The notes under the pieces are model-generated. The model worked only from the letters and a program-made list of their open reading frames with translations, ran no database searches and was not told the origin of the DNA. The translations under genes were made by a program, and so were the position numbers. A DNA stretch of 33,610 nt. It comes from a virus. Lineage: Duplodnaviria; Caudoviricetes. Each line of letters starts with the position of its first letter. The stretch's first letter is position 1. The DNA lies in the IMG/VR virus record IMGVR_UViG_3300048858_000136, positions 1 through 33,610 of that record; one strand, written 5' to 3'. Shown here piece by piece: positions 15,223 through 24,705 of this stretch.

Positions 15223-16203
15223 ATGGAAAGCGAAACCACCAACCTGCCCTTGGGCGGGAGTGATAGTGCGCGACCCTCCGACGCTCTCGACAACCCTGAT
15301 AACCTGAATTTCTGGGAACCTGGCGATGAAGACGACGACCAGGTCAACTCGGAAACTCAGACGGATGGGATCGAACCCGACAGCGAGACGGATGACACCG
15401 CTGATGACGGTGAAGAGGCCGACGACACGCAAAGCGACGACGATGCCGGAGAAGACGACGGCCAAGGCTCAGACCAGCCGGACGTACCGGACGACGCCCT
15501 GATCTCGATCGGCGGCCAGCAGCTCACGATGGGTGAGGTGAAGGCCGGTTACATGCGTGACGCAGACTACCGCCGAAAGACGCAGCTCGTCGGAAACAAG
15601 AGCCGCGATCTGGAAGCACTCTCCGGTCGCGTGAACGGTGCCGTTCACAAGATCGCCGACTTCCTGGCAAAGCAGATCCCTGACCCGCCGCATCCCTCCC
15701 TCGCCATCTCCGATCCCGGCCGCTTCGTTCGGGAGAAGGCGATGCACGAAGCAGCCATACAGCAGCTCGGGGAAATCTTCTCCTCCGCCGAGGAGGTGCA
15801 GACCGTCAAGCAGACGCTGACGGCCGAGCAGCACCAAGAGCTGGTCACCAGCGAGAGCGAAAAGCTCGCCCAGGCCCTGCCGCACCTTCGCAAACCCGGC
15901 GAGAGCAAGAAGTTCTTTGACGCCGCCTTCGAGACCGGGCGAGAGCTTGGTTACACCGATGACGAGATGAACGAGGCGACGGACAGTCGGCTGTTCCTCC
16001 TGGCGCACTACGCGCGGATCGGCATGGCGGCAGAGAAGGCGAAGCAGGTCGCAAAGCGGAAGGTGCAGGACGTTCCTCCCTATTCCCCGCAGAAGCGACC
16101 ACAGGGCCCGAATGCGAGCCGTACTCGTGCCAATCAGGAAGCGGTGAAGCGACTGGAGAAAACCGGCTCGATCCACGACGCAGTCAAGATCGACTTCGTC
16201 TAA
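15223..16203 (+). CDS. Scaffolding protein
   Basis: Acidic disordered N-terminus, EVKAGYMRDADYRRKTQ motif, helical C-terminus ending KTGSIHDA; precedes the capsid gene. Confidence 0.85.
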   Translation: MESETTNLPLGGSDSARPSDALDNPDNLNFWEPGDEDDDQVNSETQTDGIEPDSETDDTADDGEEADDTQSDDDAGEDDGQGSDQPDVPDDALISIGGQQLTMGEVKAGYMRDADYRRKTQLVGNKSRDLEALSGRVNGAVHKIADFLAKQIPDPPHPSLAISDPGRFVREKAMHEAAIQQLGEIFSSAEEVQTVKQTLTAEQHQELVTSESEKLAQALPHLRKPGESKKFFDAAFETGRELGYTDDEMNEATDSRLFLLAHYARIGMAAEKAKQVAKRKVQDVPPYSPQKRPQGPNASRTRANQEAVKRLEKTGSIHDAVKIDFV

Positions 16204-16225
16204 CCGTCATCAAGGGTTTTCAACC

Positions 16226-17218
16226 ATGGCAGCACCTGCAAACACCTACACCAGCAACAACGCTGTTGGTAACCGCGAAGAGCTTTCGGACGTGGTCAAT
16301 CGTATCACGCCCGAGGACACCCCGATCTATTCGCTGATCCCCAAGGGCACCGCGAAGTCGACCCATCCTGAATGGGAAATCGACGAGCTGTCCCCGCCGG
16401 GCGCCAACGTCCAGACTGAAGGTGACGAATACACCTTCGGCGCCACGGCGCCGCCGGACCGGGTCGGCAACTACACCCAGATCTTCCGTAAGGACGGGAT
16501 CGTCTCCAATACCCAGGAGGAGGTCGAGAACGCCGGCAGCGTCGAGAAGGTGAAGTACCAGAAGCTCAAGAAGGGCGTCGAACTGAAGAAGGACGTGGAA
16601 TATTCCATCGTCTCGAACGTGGGTTCGGTCGGCGGCGCGACGCGCGTCTCCGCAGGTCTCCCGGCCTGGCTGACCACCAACGTCTCCCGAGGCGCTACCG
16701 GCGCCAACGGCGGCTTCGACGCATCCGACGGCCTCATCGATCCGGCGACGAACGGAACGCAGCGCGCGTTCACCAAGGCGCTCGCCGACAACGTGATGGG
16801 CCAGGCGTTCCGCGCCGGCGGCAATGTGAAGCACCTCGTCTTCGCGCCGTACGTCAAGGAGGTGTTCGTCACCTTCATGTCCGACGCCAACGTCGCGTCC
16901 TTCCGCTACGCCGCGGACAAGAACGGCCGCAATACCATCGTCAGCAATGCCGATGTCTATGAAGGCCCCCACGGCAAGGTCCTGGTGCACTCGAACCGCG
17001 TTCAGGCAACGAACGTGGGCGTAGCGCGCAACGCCTTCTTCCTCGATCCCGACATGGCCGAGTGGGCATGGCTGCGCAAGATCAAGGAAGACAAGGACCT
17101 CGCCAAGACCGGTGACAACACGAAGTTCGTGCTCATCGGCGAGGGAACGCTGAAGGTGAAGAACGAGGCCGGCCACGGCGTCGTCGCTGACATCTTCGGC
17201 ATGAGCCCGTCCACCTAA
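16226..17218 (+). CDS. Major capsid protein (DUF5309/SU10-like)
   Basis: GNREELSDVVNRITPEDTPIYS, EWEIDEL, GNYTQIFRK, LAKTGD...EGTL; followed by a terminator. Confidence 0.92.
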   Translation: MAAPANTYTSNNAVGNREELSDVVNRITPEDTPIYSLIPKGTAKSTHPEWEIDELSPPGANVQTEGDEYTFGATAPPDRVGNYTQIFRKDGIVSNTQEEVENAGSVEKVKYQKLKKGVELKKDVEYSIVSNVGSVGGATRVSAGLPAWLTTNVSRGATGANGGFDASDGLIDPATNGTQRAFTKALADNVMGQAFRAGGNVKHLVFAPYVKEVFVTFMSDANVASFRYAADKNGRNTIVSNADVYEGPHGKVLVHSNRVQATNVGVARNAFFLDPDMAEWAWLRKIKEDKDLAKTGDNTKFVLIGEGTLKVKNEAGHGVVADIFGMSPST

Positions 17219-17244
17219 CCAGGCGCGACAACCTTGCAAGCTCC

Positions 17245-17276
17245 AGTCGGTCCCCAATCCCGGGGGCCGGCTTTTT
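17245..17276 (+). terminator. Intrinsic terminator after the capsid gene
   Basis: AGTCGGTCCCC...GGGGGCCGGCT stem (with G-U pairs) followed by a T-tract. Confidence 0.75.
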
Positions 17277-17291
17277 CATGAGGATTCATCA

Positions 17292-17819
17292 ATGTCCAAT
17301 CTGAAGAAGGAAGCCGAGGCGCTCGGCATAGAGGTCGACGGCCGCTGGTCGGATGACACGCTCAAGGAGAAGATCGCGGAGGCCAAGACGGCGAAGGTGA
17401 GCAAGTCCGCCGAAGCCGCGAAGGTCGCGCCGGTCAACACCGCGGAAGCACGCGACGTTCCCTCCATGGGCGGCGTACGTGTCGAGACCTCCCAGGATAT
17501 CCGGCAGGCAGACGCCGGCGAAAACCTTCCTGTCCCGCCTCACGACGGTGATGCGAAGAAGCTTCACGACGTTGCTGTCGGTCTCTCCGCGCAGCCCGCC
17601 GCGACGCCGGAGTTCGACACCACCGGCATCGAGAACAAGGCTGACCAGGGTGAGAAGGAAGAGCTCTACCCGATCCGCCTCCTCGTCGACTGGTGGGACG
17701 GCCAGGGCATCCGCCGCGCCCGCAATACGGAGGTCGATGTTCCGTGGAACGAGGCGAAGAAGCTCGTCAGCGAGGGCAAGGCGGAACGCGCCGACGCCTG
17801 GACGACGAAGCGGAGCTGA
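17292..17819 (+). CDS. Hypothetical virion-module protein (175 aa)
   Basis: GAGGA SD; small N-terminal helical domain (LKKEAEALGIEVDGRWSDDTLKEKI), disordered linker and a small C-terminal domain. Confidence 0.8.
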   Translation: MSNLKKEAEALGIEVDGRWSDDTLKEKIAEAKTAKVSKSAEAAKVAPVNTAEARDVPSMGGVRVETSQDIRQADAGENLPVPPHDGDAKKLHDVAVGLSAQPAATPEFDTTGIENKADQGEKEELYPIRLLVDWWDGQGIRRARNTEVDVPWNEAKKLVSEGKAERADAWTTKRS

Positions 17820-17823
17820 CATC

Positions 17824-18147
17824 ATGACCATACGGGACGGCGACTTCACGCTGATTGACTACGATTATCAGACGGGCCGTTCCGTATGGGCCCTTTTCGA
17901 TGGTGAGAAGACTGTTATCCGCACCACCTACCCGGTGACGCAGGCGATCGAGCATAACCTGCTTCTGCGCAACAACGTGAGCAAGGGGTGGAAGAACGAT
18001 TGGCACCACATCGGATCGGTGCCGCAGAACATCGCCTGGGACAGTGGGCTCGTCGAAGCCTTCACGCAGGGCGACGACCGCTTCATTTCCCGGTTTCTCA
18101 ATGACAGCGACAACCGCGCCTGGCGCACGAAAGAGGGGCGGGTATGA
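17824..18147 (+). CDS. Hypothetical head-module protein (107 aa)
   Basis: MTIRDGDFTLIDYD...RFLNDSDNRAWRTKEGRV; GGAG SD; ATGA overlap with the next gene. Confidence 0.8.
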   Translation: MTIRDGDFTLIDYDYQTGRSVWALFDGEKTVIRTTYPVTQAIEHNLLLRNNVSKGWKNDWHHIGSVPQNIAWDSGLVEAFTQGDDRFISRFLNDSDNRAWRTKEGRV

Positions 18148-18740
18148 GCCAGGATTATGCTTCTCTGCTCGTCGATGCCGGCGAATATTCCGGCCGCTCG
18201 GACATCGCGCAGCACTTCGACCGCTTCCTCCGTTTCGCCGAGGCCAAGCTGAACCGGGCGCTGCGTCTAGGAGAGATGGAAGTGCAGGCCGATCTCGCGC
18301 TGACCAACGGTGACGGTACGCTTCCTGACAATTTCCTTGAGGTGCGCGAAGTTCTGATCGCGCCGAACCGGTCTCTTCGCTCGATCGCCTTGTCGACGCT
18401 CTCGGCGCGCTATGGCACCGGCGGTGGTCAGCCGCTCGGCTACGCGATCGTTGGCAACACGCTGTCGGCGCGGCCGAAGTGGAGCGGCAATCTTTCGCTC
18501 GTCTACTACGGTGCGATACCGCCTCTGACCCGCGAGAACCCAACGAACTGGCTGCTGACGAAAGCGCCCGACGTCTACCTCTACAGCGTCGTCGAGGAGG
18601 TCGCGATCTGGGAGCGCGCGCCTGACAAGGTTGCTGCCGCGCAGGGGATGCGCGTTCAGGCGATGGCTGGGCTATCGCAATTGGACTGGCGCCAGCGATG
18701 GGGCAATAGCCGCATCTCCATCGGAGGGCCGACGCCATGA
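18144..18740 (+). CDS. Head-tail adaptor protein
   Basis: FLRFAEAKLNRALR, LPDNFLEVR, TNWLLTKAPDVYLY; position after the capsid. Confidence 0.8.
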   Translation: MSQDYASLLVDAGEYSGRSDIAQHFDRFLRFAEAKLNRALRLGEMEVQADLALTNGDGTLPDNFLEVREVLIAPNRSLRSIALSTLSARYGTGGGQPLGYAIVGNTLSARPKWSGNLSLVYYGAIPPLTRENPTNWLLTKAPDVYLYSVVEEVAIWERAPDKVAAAQGMRVQAMAGLSQLDWRQRWGNSRISIGGPTP

Positions 18741-19339
18741 CGCTCATCACGGTCATCAACCAGGTATGCGACGTCGTCGTCCTCGATCAGTTCGAAAGCG
18801 TCTACGGTTCGGACGACGCGAATGCTCAGACGATGGTGGCGCTGGCGAAGGAAACCGGCGACGAAATCGCGCGGCGGGCCGACTGGCAAGCCATGCTGAA
18901 GACGGCCTCGGTAGTCAGCACTCCCTATCCGCTGCCGGCTGACTTCCAGCGGCTCGTCGCAGGAGGCGCAATCCGAACCGCAGCCGGTAACTTCTTCCGG
19001 CTGGTAACGGAAGGCTCGCAATGGGTCGTGATCGAAGCGAGTGCATCGGTGCAGCCGTTCTTTTCCGTGCGCGGCAAGAAGGTGCTGTTTGCGCCCGTTC
19101 AAGCGGCTGTCGGCGCGACCGTTGAGTACGTCTCGAAGAACTGGATCATTGGCGACCCGTACGCGGAGCGTGATGGATTTAAGTCGGACGATGACAAGAC
19201 CGCATTCCCCGAACGGCTGCTGATGAAAGGCATCATTTGGCGGTGGAAAAGGCAGAAGGGCCTTTCGTACGAGGATGAACTTGCCGAGTTCGAGGCGGAC
19301 CTCCAGCAGGAGGCTGCCGCCGACAGGGGGGCAGCATGA
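18737..19339 (+). CDS. Second adaptor-like / tail tubular protein
   Basis: MTLITVINQVC, YPLPADFQRL, EYVSKNWI, WRWKRQKGLSY; coupled by ATGA on both sides. Confidence 0.75.
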   Translation: MTLITVINQVCDVVVLDQFESVYGSDDANAQTMVALAKETGDEIARRADWQAMLKTASVVSTPYPLPADFQRLVAGGAIRTAAGNFFRLVTEGSQWVVIEASASVQPFFSVRGKKVLFAPVQAAVGATVEYVSKNWIIGDPYAERDGFKSDDDKTAFPERLLMKGIIWRWKRQKGLSYEDELAEFEADLQQEAAADRGAA

Positions 19340-20946
19340 TTTCTGTTCGTCCGGGCCGCATTCCCGGCCGCGGCGGTCGCGGCGCACCGCCGGCCTCGGT
19401 GCCTTCTCAGCCGATCACGTTTCCGTCGCCAACTGGCGGCCTCGTGACGTCGACGGACATGGCCTCCGCTGCAAAAGGCTCGGCCTCCGTGCTCCGGAAT
19501 TTCTTCCAGACCTTGACCGGGTGCCGTATCCGCGGCGGCTCGATCAAGAAGGGGCTGGCAGCCGGCGGCGGCAACATCATGAGCGCCTTCAAATACAAGT
19601 ATGGCCCGAATGAGCGGATGTTCATGGCAACAGCGGCCGGCATCTTCGACATGACATCGCCAGCGCCACCCCCGGCAACAACCGCCGCAGCCGTCGGCAG
19701 CTTGACCGGTGGCGACTGGTGCACCTTCATGCACGCGAACGCCGGCGCCGCCTATCTCGTGTGCGTGAACGGGGCGAATGATCGCCGGCTCTTCAACGGC
19801 ACCACCTGGACGACAACGCCGGCCATTACCTTCACCGACGGCACGGTTGCGGCGCAGCTCAATTGCGGGTGGCTCTTCAAGAACCGCGAGTTCTTCACCA
19901 AGAACGGGACGCTTGACGCGTACTACCTGGCGGTCAACGCCGTTGGCGGCGCGGCGAACGTCTTCCCGCTTGGTGGGGTGATGAAAAAGGGCGGCAGCCT
20001 GATCACCGGCTTCTCCTGGTCGCTCGAAAGCGGTGACGGCCTCAATGACATGTGCGTCTTCGTCTCTACCGAAGGCGAGGTCGCAGTCTACGCCGGCGAC
20101 GACCCGTCCAGTGCGTCGGCCTTCGCGCTGAAAGGCGTGTATCAGATCGGCAAGCCGCTCGGAAAGAACTGCTGGATCCGCGCTGGCGGCGATATCCTTA
20201 TTGCGACCGTTGACGGCCTAATGCCAATCTCACAGGTCTTCACTCGCGACCGCCAAGCCCTCAGTCTGGTTTCGGTATCGCGTCCCATCGAAGACCTCTG
20301 GAAGCTTGCTGCGAATGCCACCGGCTCGGGCTGGACCCTGAAGCAATGGCCGGAGCAGAACCTTGTGTTCGTATCCTTCCCGTCAAACGCGGTCGTTTCT
20401 GACGTTTCGTTCGTCCTGAATGTTCTTACCGGCAAGTGGTCTACCGTCAGCAACTGGAAGGCCACCTGCTTCGAGACGCTGCAGGGCAGCTTGTTCTTCG
20501 GCTCCTATGGCGGCTACTGCTGGCAGGGAGACGTTTCCGGGACGGACGACGGGAGCCCTTTTGCCGCGGTGTATCTTTCTCAATTCACGCCCGCCGGCAG
20601 CTTCGGCCAGAGGACCATCGCGCATCTGGCGCACATGTATTTCCGGGGCAAGACGAAGCCGGCCGTGAAGCTCTTCGCGCGCGCGGACATGGATGTCTCG
20701 GAGCCGTCCTTCTCGAAGGTATCCGTCGGCGACGCCACGTCCAGCGAATGGGACGTCGGCCTCTGGGACGTCGCGGTGTGGAATGGCCTGTCGACCAGGA
20801 AGAAGTTCGACTTCCGCCAGAACGTCCGGGCCACGGGTGACACACTCGCTCTCGGCTGCGTCATCGTGTCGGGCGGCGTCGCGCGTCTCGACATCGACGT
20901 TGATCTCGGAACCCTGCAGGTGACCTCCGGAGAGGCGAGCGCGTGA
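19336..20946 (+). CDS. Tail nozzle / hub protein (P22 gp10 or T7 gp12 analogue)
   Basis: 536-aa beta-rich protein starting PSPTGGL; WDVGLWD motif; position after adaptors. Confidence 0.75.
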   Translation: MISVRPGRIPGRGGRGAPPASVPSQPITFPSPTGGLVTSTDMASAAKGSASVLRNFFQTLTGCRIRGGSIKKGLAAGGGNIMSAFKYKYGPNERMFMATAAGIFDMTSPAPPPATTAAAVGSLTGGDWCTFMHANAGAAYLVCVNGANDRRLFNGTTWTTTPAITFTDGTVAAQLNCGWLFKNREFFTKNGTLDAYYLAVNAVGGAANVFPLGGVMKKGGSLITGFSWSLESGDGLNDMCVFVSTEGEVAVYAGDDPSSASAFALKGVYQIGKPLGKNCWIRAGGDILIATVDGLMPISQVFTRDRQALSLVSVSRPIEDLWKLAANATGSGWTLKQWPEQNLVFVSFPSNAVVSDVSFVLNVLTGKWSTVSNWKATCFETLQGSLFFGSYGGYCWQGDVSGTDDGSPFAAVYLSQFTPAGSFGQRTIAHLAHMYFRGKTKPAVKLFARADMDVSEPSFSKVSVGDATSSEWDVGLWDVAVWNGLSTRKKFDFRQNVRATGDTLALGCVIVSGGVARLDIDVDLGTLQVTSGEASA

Positions 20947-21392
20947 CGCTGGTCTGGGGTGGCCCGAGAGCACCGGACATCAATGCAGCGATGGAGCAGT
21001 TCGTCGCTGTGCGGATCGGCGCTGAGAGGGGCTTCGGGCCGTGTGCCACGCTCGGGCTTCTCGAGCAGGGCCAACTCGTGGCCGCCGTCGTGTTCCACAA
21101 CTGGCACCCCGAGGAAGGCGTGATCGAGATGTCTTCGGCATCCGACAACAAGCGGTGGCTGACGCGCCGAATGCTGAACGCCATGTTCGGGTTCTGCTTT
21201 GGCGAGTGCCGATGCCAGCTTGTCGTTTTGCGGGTGTCCGAGCACAACATCGGCATGGTGCGCATCGCCCGCCGCTTCGGCTTTTCCGAAACCAGAATTG
21301 AACGCCTGCGCGGTCGCGACGAGGCGGAGATGATTTTCACCCTGACCGATGACGCATGGAAAGAGCACCGTGCAAACGAAAGGAACGCTTGA
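20943..21392 (+). CDS. GNAT-fold protein of the virion assembly module
   Basis: VLRVSEHNIGMVRIARRFGFSE resembles GNAT motif B; located between nozzle and ejection proteins. Confidence 0.75.
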   Translation: MTLVWGGPRAPDINAAMEQFVAVRIGAERGFGPCATLGLLEQGQLVAAVVFHNWHPEEGVIEMSSASDNKRWLTRRMLNAMFGFCFGECRCQLVVLRVSEHNIGMVRIARRFGFSETRIERLRGRDEAEMIFTLTDDAWKEHRANERNA

Positions 21393-22735
21393 TGGGCAAG
21401 AGTGCACCGAAGCCGCCGGACCCGGAGAAGACTGCGTCGGCCCAGACCGCGACGAACGTCAACACCGCGATTGCGAACTCTTTTATGGGCAACGTCAACC
21501 AGGTCACGCCCGATGGAAGTCTGACCTATTCGCAGACCGGGACGTACAAGATGACGGACCCCCTGAGCGGGAAAGTCTACGACCTTCCGACGTGGACGGC
21601 GACGCAATCTCTTTCCGACGCTCAGAAAGCTATCAAGACGCAGAACGACGCGGCTTCGCTAAACCTATCCAAGCTCGCCAACACGCAGTCGGGACGGCTC
21701 AACGACCTGCTGTCCAGTCCAGTTAACACGGGAAAGCTACCTGCGTGGGGCGATCCGTCGAAGATTGCCAATCCGAATTACGCGAAGTTCCAGAACGGGC
21801 CGGAGCTGCAGTCCAGGCTCGGTGACACCGGCCAGATCACGACGAGCTATGCTTCCGACTTCTCCGCCGATCGGCAGAAGGTCGAAGACGCCCTAATGGC
21901 GCGCATGAACCCGCAGCTTCAGCAGGACCGCGCGGCACTAGAACAGCGACTGGCAAATCAGGGGCTTCAGCCAGGTTCAGAAGCATATAACCGGGCAGTC
22001 GACGAAGCCAATCGGTCGGCGTCCGATGCCCGCTACGGTGCCATCCTGAACGCCGGCCAGGAGCAATCCCGTCTTGTCGGTCTCTCGCGTGATGCTGCCA
22101 TGTTCGGCAACGATGCGCAGCAGCAGAAATTCTCGCAGGGCCTTGCCGGTGCGGAATTCGGCAACTCCGCGAAGCAGCAGATGTACGGCAACCAGAACAC
22201 CGCCACGGCGGCGAACAACGCGCTTCAGGATCAAGGCTTCAACTCGCAGATGGCGAAGACGAATGCCATGAACCAGCAGCGCCAGCTTCAATTGCAGGAG
22301 GCGTATGCTCAGCGGAACCAGCCAATCAACGAGATTTCCGCCCTGCTGTCGGGATCGCAGGTTTCCAATCCGCAGTTCATGAACATCCAGGGGCAGACGA
22401 TGCCGACGGTCGATTACGCCGGGATTGTCGCCAACAACCACAATCAGCAGATGGCGGCTTACAACGCCAACCAGAGCAACATTGGTGGGTTGCTCGGCGG
22501 CTTAGCCTCGATCTTCACCAAGTCGGATGACCGCACCAAGAAGAACAAGACCCGGCATGGCGACGTCAAGGGCAAAATGGGCGTCTGGTCCTTCAACTAC
22601 AAGGACGAGCCAGCCGGCACGCCGAGGCACGTCGGCCTGATGGCTTCGGAAGTAGAGAAGGAGGTTCCGAGCGCCATCAAGCGCCGGAACGGCATCCGAT
22701 ACGTCAACTACGAAAAAGCGCTCAGGGGTAAGTGA
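21392..22735 (+). CDS. Ejection/internal virion protein with C-terminal Peptidase_S74-like chaperone domain
   Basis: MGKSAPKPPDP start, Q/N/A-rich helical body; SDDRTKKN...FNYK...VGLMASEVE...VNY tail. Confidence 0.75.
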   Translation: MGKSAPKPPDPEKTASAQTATNVNTAIANSFMGNVNQVTPDGSLTYSQTGTYKMTDPLSGKVYDLPTWTATQSLSDAQKAIKTQNDAASLNLSKLANTQSGRLNDLLSSPVNTGKLPAWGDPSKIANPNYAKFQNGPELQSRLGDTGQITTSYASDFSADRQKVEDALMARMNPQLQQDRAALEQRLANQGLQPGSEAYNRAVDEANRSASDARYGAILNAGQEQSRLVGLSRDAAMFGNDAQQQKFSQGLAGAEFGNSAKQQMYGNQNTATAANNALQDQGFNSQMAKTNAMNQQRQLQLQEAYAQRNQPINEISALLSGSQVSNPQFMNIQGQTMPTVDYAGIVANNHNQQMAAYNANQSNIGGLLGGLASIFTKSDDRTKKNKTRHGDVKGKMGVWSFNYKDEPAGTPRHVGLMASEVEKEVPSAIKRRNGIRYVNYEKALRGK

Positions 22736-24705
22736 TGGTCGGATTTATCTTCGGCGGCAATACGGGTGAGACGCCCGAAAGCCTTAAGCGAAAACGCGAG
22801 ATGATCGAACAACTGCTTGTAGGGCAGCGCACGCCCCAAAATTGGGGACAAGGCGTTGGCGCGCTCATGGGCGGCATCGCGGCCGGCATCGAGCAGCGCC
22901 GGCTGAATAAGGCCGAGGCGGCCGGCCGGGAGAGCGGCAATAGTGCCTTCAGCAAGATCTTCTCCGGGATCACGGGCAGAGTTTCGCCCGACCAGATGCC
23001 GGAGGGCCAGGTCCCGATGACCGGTGCGGCCGACGAGCTGGCGGCGACCACGCCTGGTGCCTCTTCATCAACGCGAATTTCTAGAGACAAAGAAACATTC
23101 GTTCAATCGCTGCTCCCCGCCGCGATCGAGGAGAGCAAGCGCACGGGCGTAGACCCGCGTATCATCGTGGCGCAGGCTGCGCAGGAAACCGGATGGGGCA
23201 AGAGCGCCCCCGGCAACAACTACTTCGGCATCAAAAGCCACGGCAAAAGCGGTGGCAACAGCATGATGACGAACGAGGTTGTCGACGGCAAAACGGTGCG
23301 GGTTCGCGACAGTTTCCGCGCCTATGAAAGCCCGGCCGAGAGCGTTCGCGGCTATGGCGACTTCCTCCTCGAGAACCCCCGGTATGAACCGCTTCGGAAA
23401 GCGCAGGGGATCGACGCGCAGCTCGAAGCACTTCAGGCATCCGGCTACGCCACCGACCCGAATTACTCGCGCAGCGTCGGCGCAATTGCCCGTGGTATCG
23501 AGCTTCCGCAGGAGACAGCCGCTGTCACGCCGGAGGCTGCGTTCAATGCCGTTATGCCGGAGCTCGGTGGCGAACAGTCGCTTTCCGACGAGGTGGCACA
23601 GTTCGAGCAGACGCCGGCATATACGGCACAGTTTCCCGACATGGCTCAGCAGGGCGGCCAGATGGGCCAACAACCTGCCCAGGTTGCGCAAGCACAGGTG
23701 ATGGGGCAGCAGCAGGGCGGTCAGCAGACGCAGGGCATGACGGGTCCGTCTCTTCAGCAGCTCTACGAGGCCGCAGCGAACCCGTGGCTCGCGCCGGAGC
23801 AAAAGGCAATCGTCGGTTCGTTGATCGAGCAGAAGCTCCAGGAGCAGCAGAGCGCGCGCGAGGAACAGCAGTGGCGCGGCCGGCAGGACTACGAGCAGCA
23901 GATGAAACAGCGCGACCCTGCCTACACACTGGAGCAGCAGTATCGGCAAGCACAGATCGAGAAGCTGAACCGCGAGGCCGCCGGCGGTGGCACACCGGAA
24001 CTCGGGCTGAACCCGCAGTACGGCGTGGATAAGGATGGAAACCCGGTGCTGATCCAGATCGGGAAGGATGGCCGGGCTGTCCAGACGGCGCTGCCCGACG
24101 GTGTGTCCCTGTCGAAGGAACCGATCAAGCTCGACGCTGGAACGCATTTCGTGCTCCTCGATCCGATCACACGCCAGCCGGTTGGAACCATTCCGAAGGA
24201 GAACCGGGAAGCGGCGCGCGAGACTGCCATCGGTTCGACTGAGGGTAAAACGCTGGCAGAGCAGAACGCTTCGGCCCCTGGGGACTATCAGTCGGCCGAG
24301 AACGCGCTCGACCTTCTCAGCAGCATCCGGAATGACCCCTATCGCGAGCGCGGCACGGGCGCATCGTCGGTCCTGAACGCCATCCCGGGAACTAGCGGCT
24401 ACGATTTCGCGCAGAAGGTGGAGCAGGCCAAGAGTGGCGCGTTCCTGACGGCCATCCAGCAAATGAAGGGCCTTGGCGCTCTATCCAACACGGAAGGCCA
24501 GGCTGCAACGGCTGCGATCACCCGCATGAACACTGCGATGTCCGAAGAGGGCTTCCTGTCTGCTCTCGATGACTACGAGAAAATCGTGAACCAGGCTCTC
24601 GCCCGCGCTGGTTCGAGGCTGCCGAGCCGCGAGACCCAGCAGAGCACACCCACCCGCCGCGGCCCTGTGAGCATCGGTGGTTACACGATTGAAGAGGTGG
24701 ATTGA
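22732..24705 (+). CDS. Ejection protein with GH73 (FlgJ/glucosaminidase) muralytic domain
   Basis: AQAAQETGWG, NNYFGIK, FRAYES, GYATDPNY are GH73 motifs; flanked by Q-rich regions. Confidence 0.88.
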   Translation: MMVGFIFGGNTGETPESLKRKREMIEQLLVGQRTPQNWGQGVGALMGGIAAGIEQRRLNKAEAAGRESGNSAFSKIFSGITGRVSPDQMPEGQVPMTGAADELAATTPGASSSTRISRDKETFVQSLLPAAIEESKRTGVDPRIIVAQAAQETGWGKSAPGNNYFGIKSHGKSGGNSMMTNEVVDGKTVRVRDSFRAYESPAESVRGYGDFLLENPRYEPLRKAQGIDAQLEALQASGYATDPNYSRSVGAIARGIELPQETAAVTPEAAFNAVMPELGGEQSLSDEVAQFEQTPAYTAQFPDMAQQGGQMGQQPAQVAQAQVMGQQQGGQQTQGMTGPSLQQLYEAAANPWLAPEQKAIVGSLIEQKLQEQQSAREEQQWRGRQDYEQQMKQRDPAYTLEQQYRQAQIEKLNREAAGGGTPELGLNPQYGVDKDGNPVLIQIGKDGRAVQTALPDGVSLSKEPIKLDAGTHFVLLDPITRQPVGTIPKENREAARETAIGSTEGKTLAEQNASAPGDYQSAENALDLLSSIRNDPYRERGTGASSVLNAIPGTSGYDFAQKVEQAKSGAFLTAIQQMKGLGALSNTEGQAATAAITRMNTAMSEEGFLSALDDYEKIVNQALARAGSRLPSRETQQSTPTRRGPVSIGGYTIEEVD

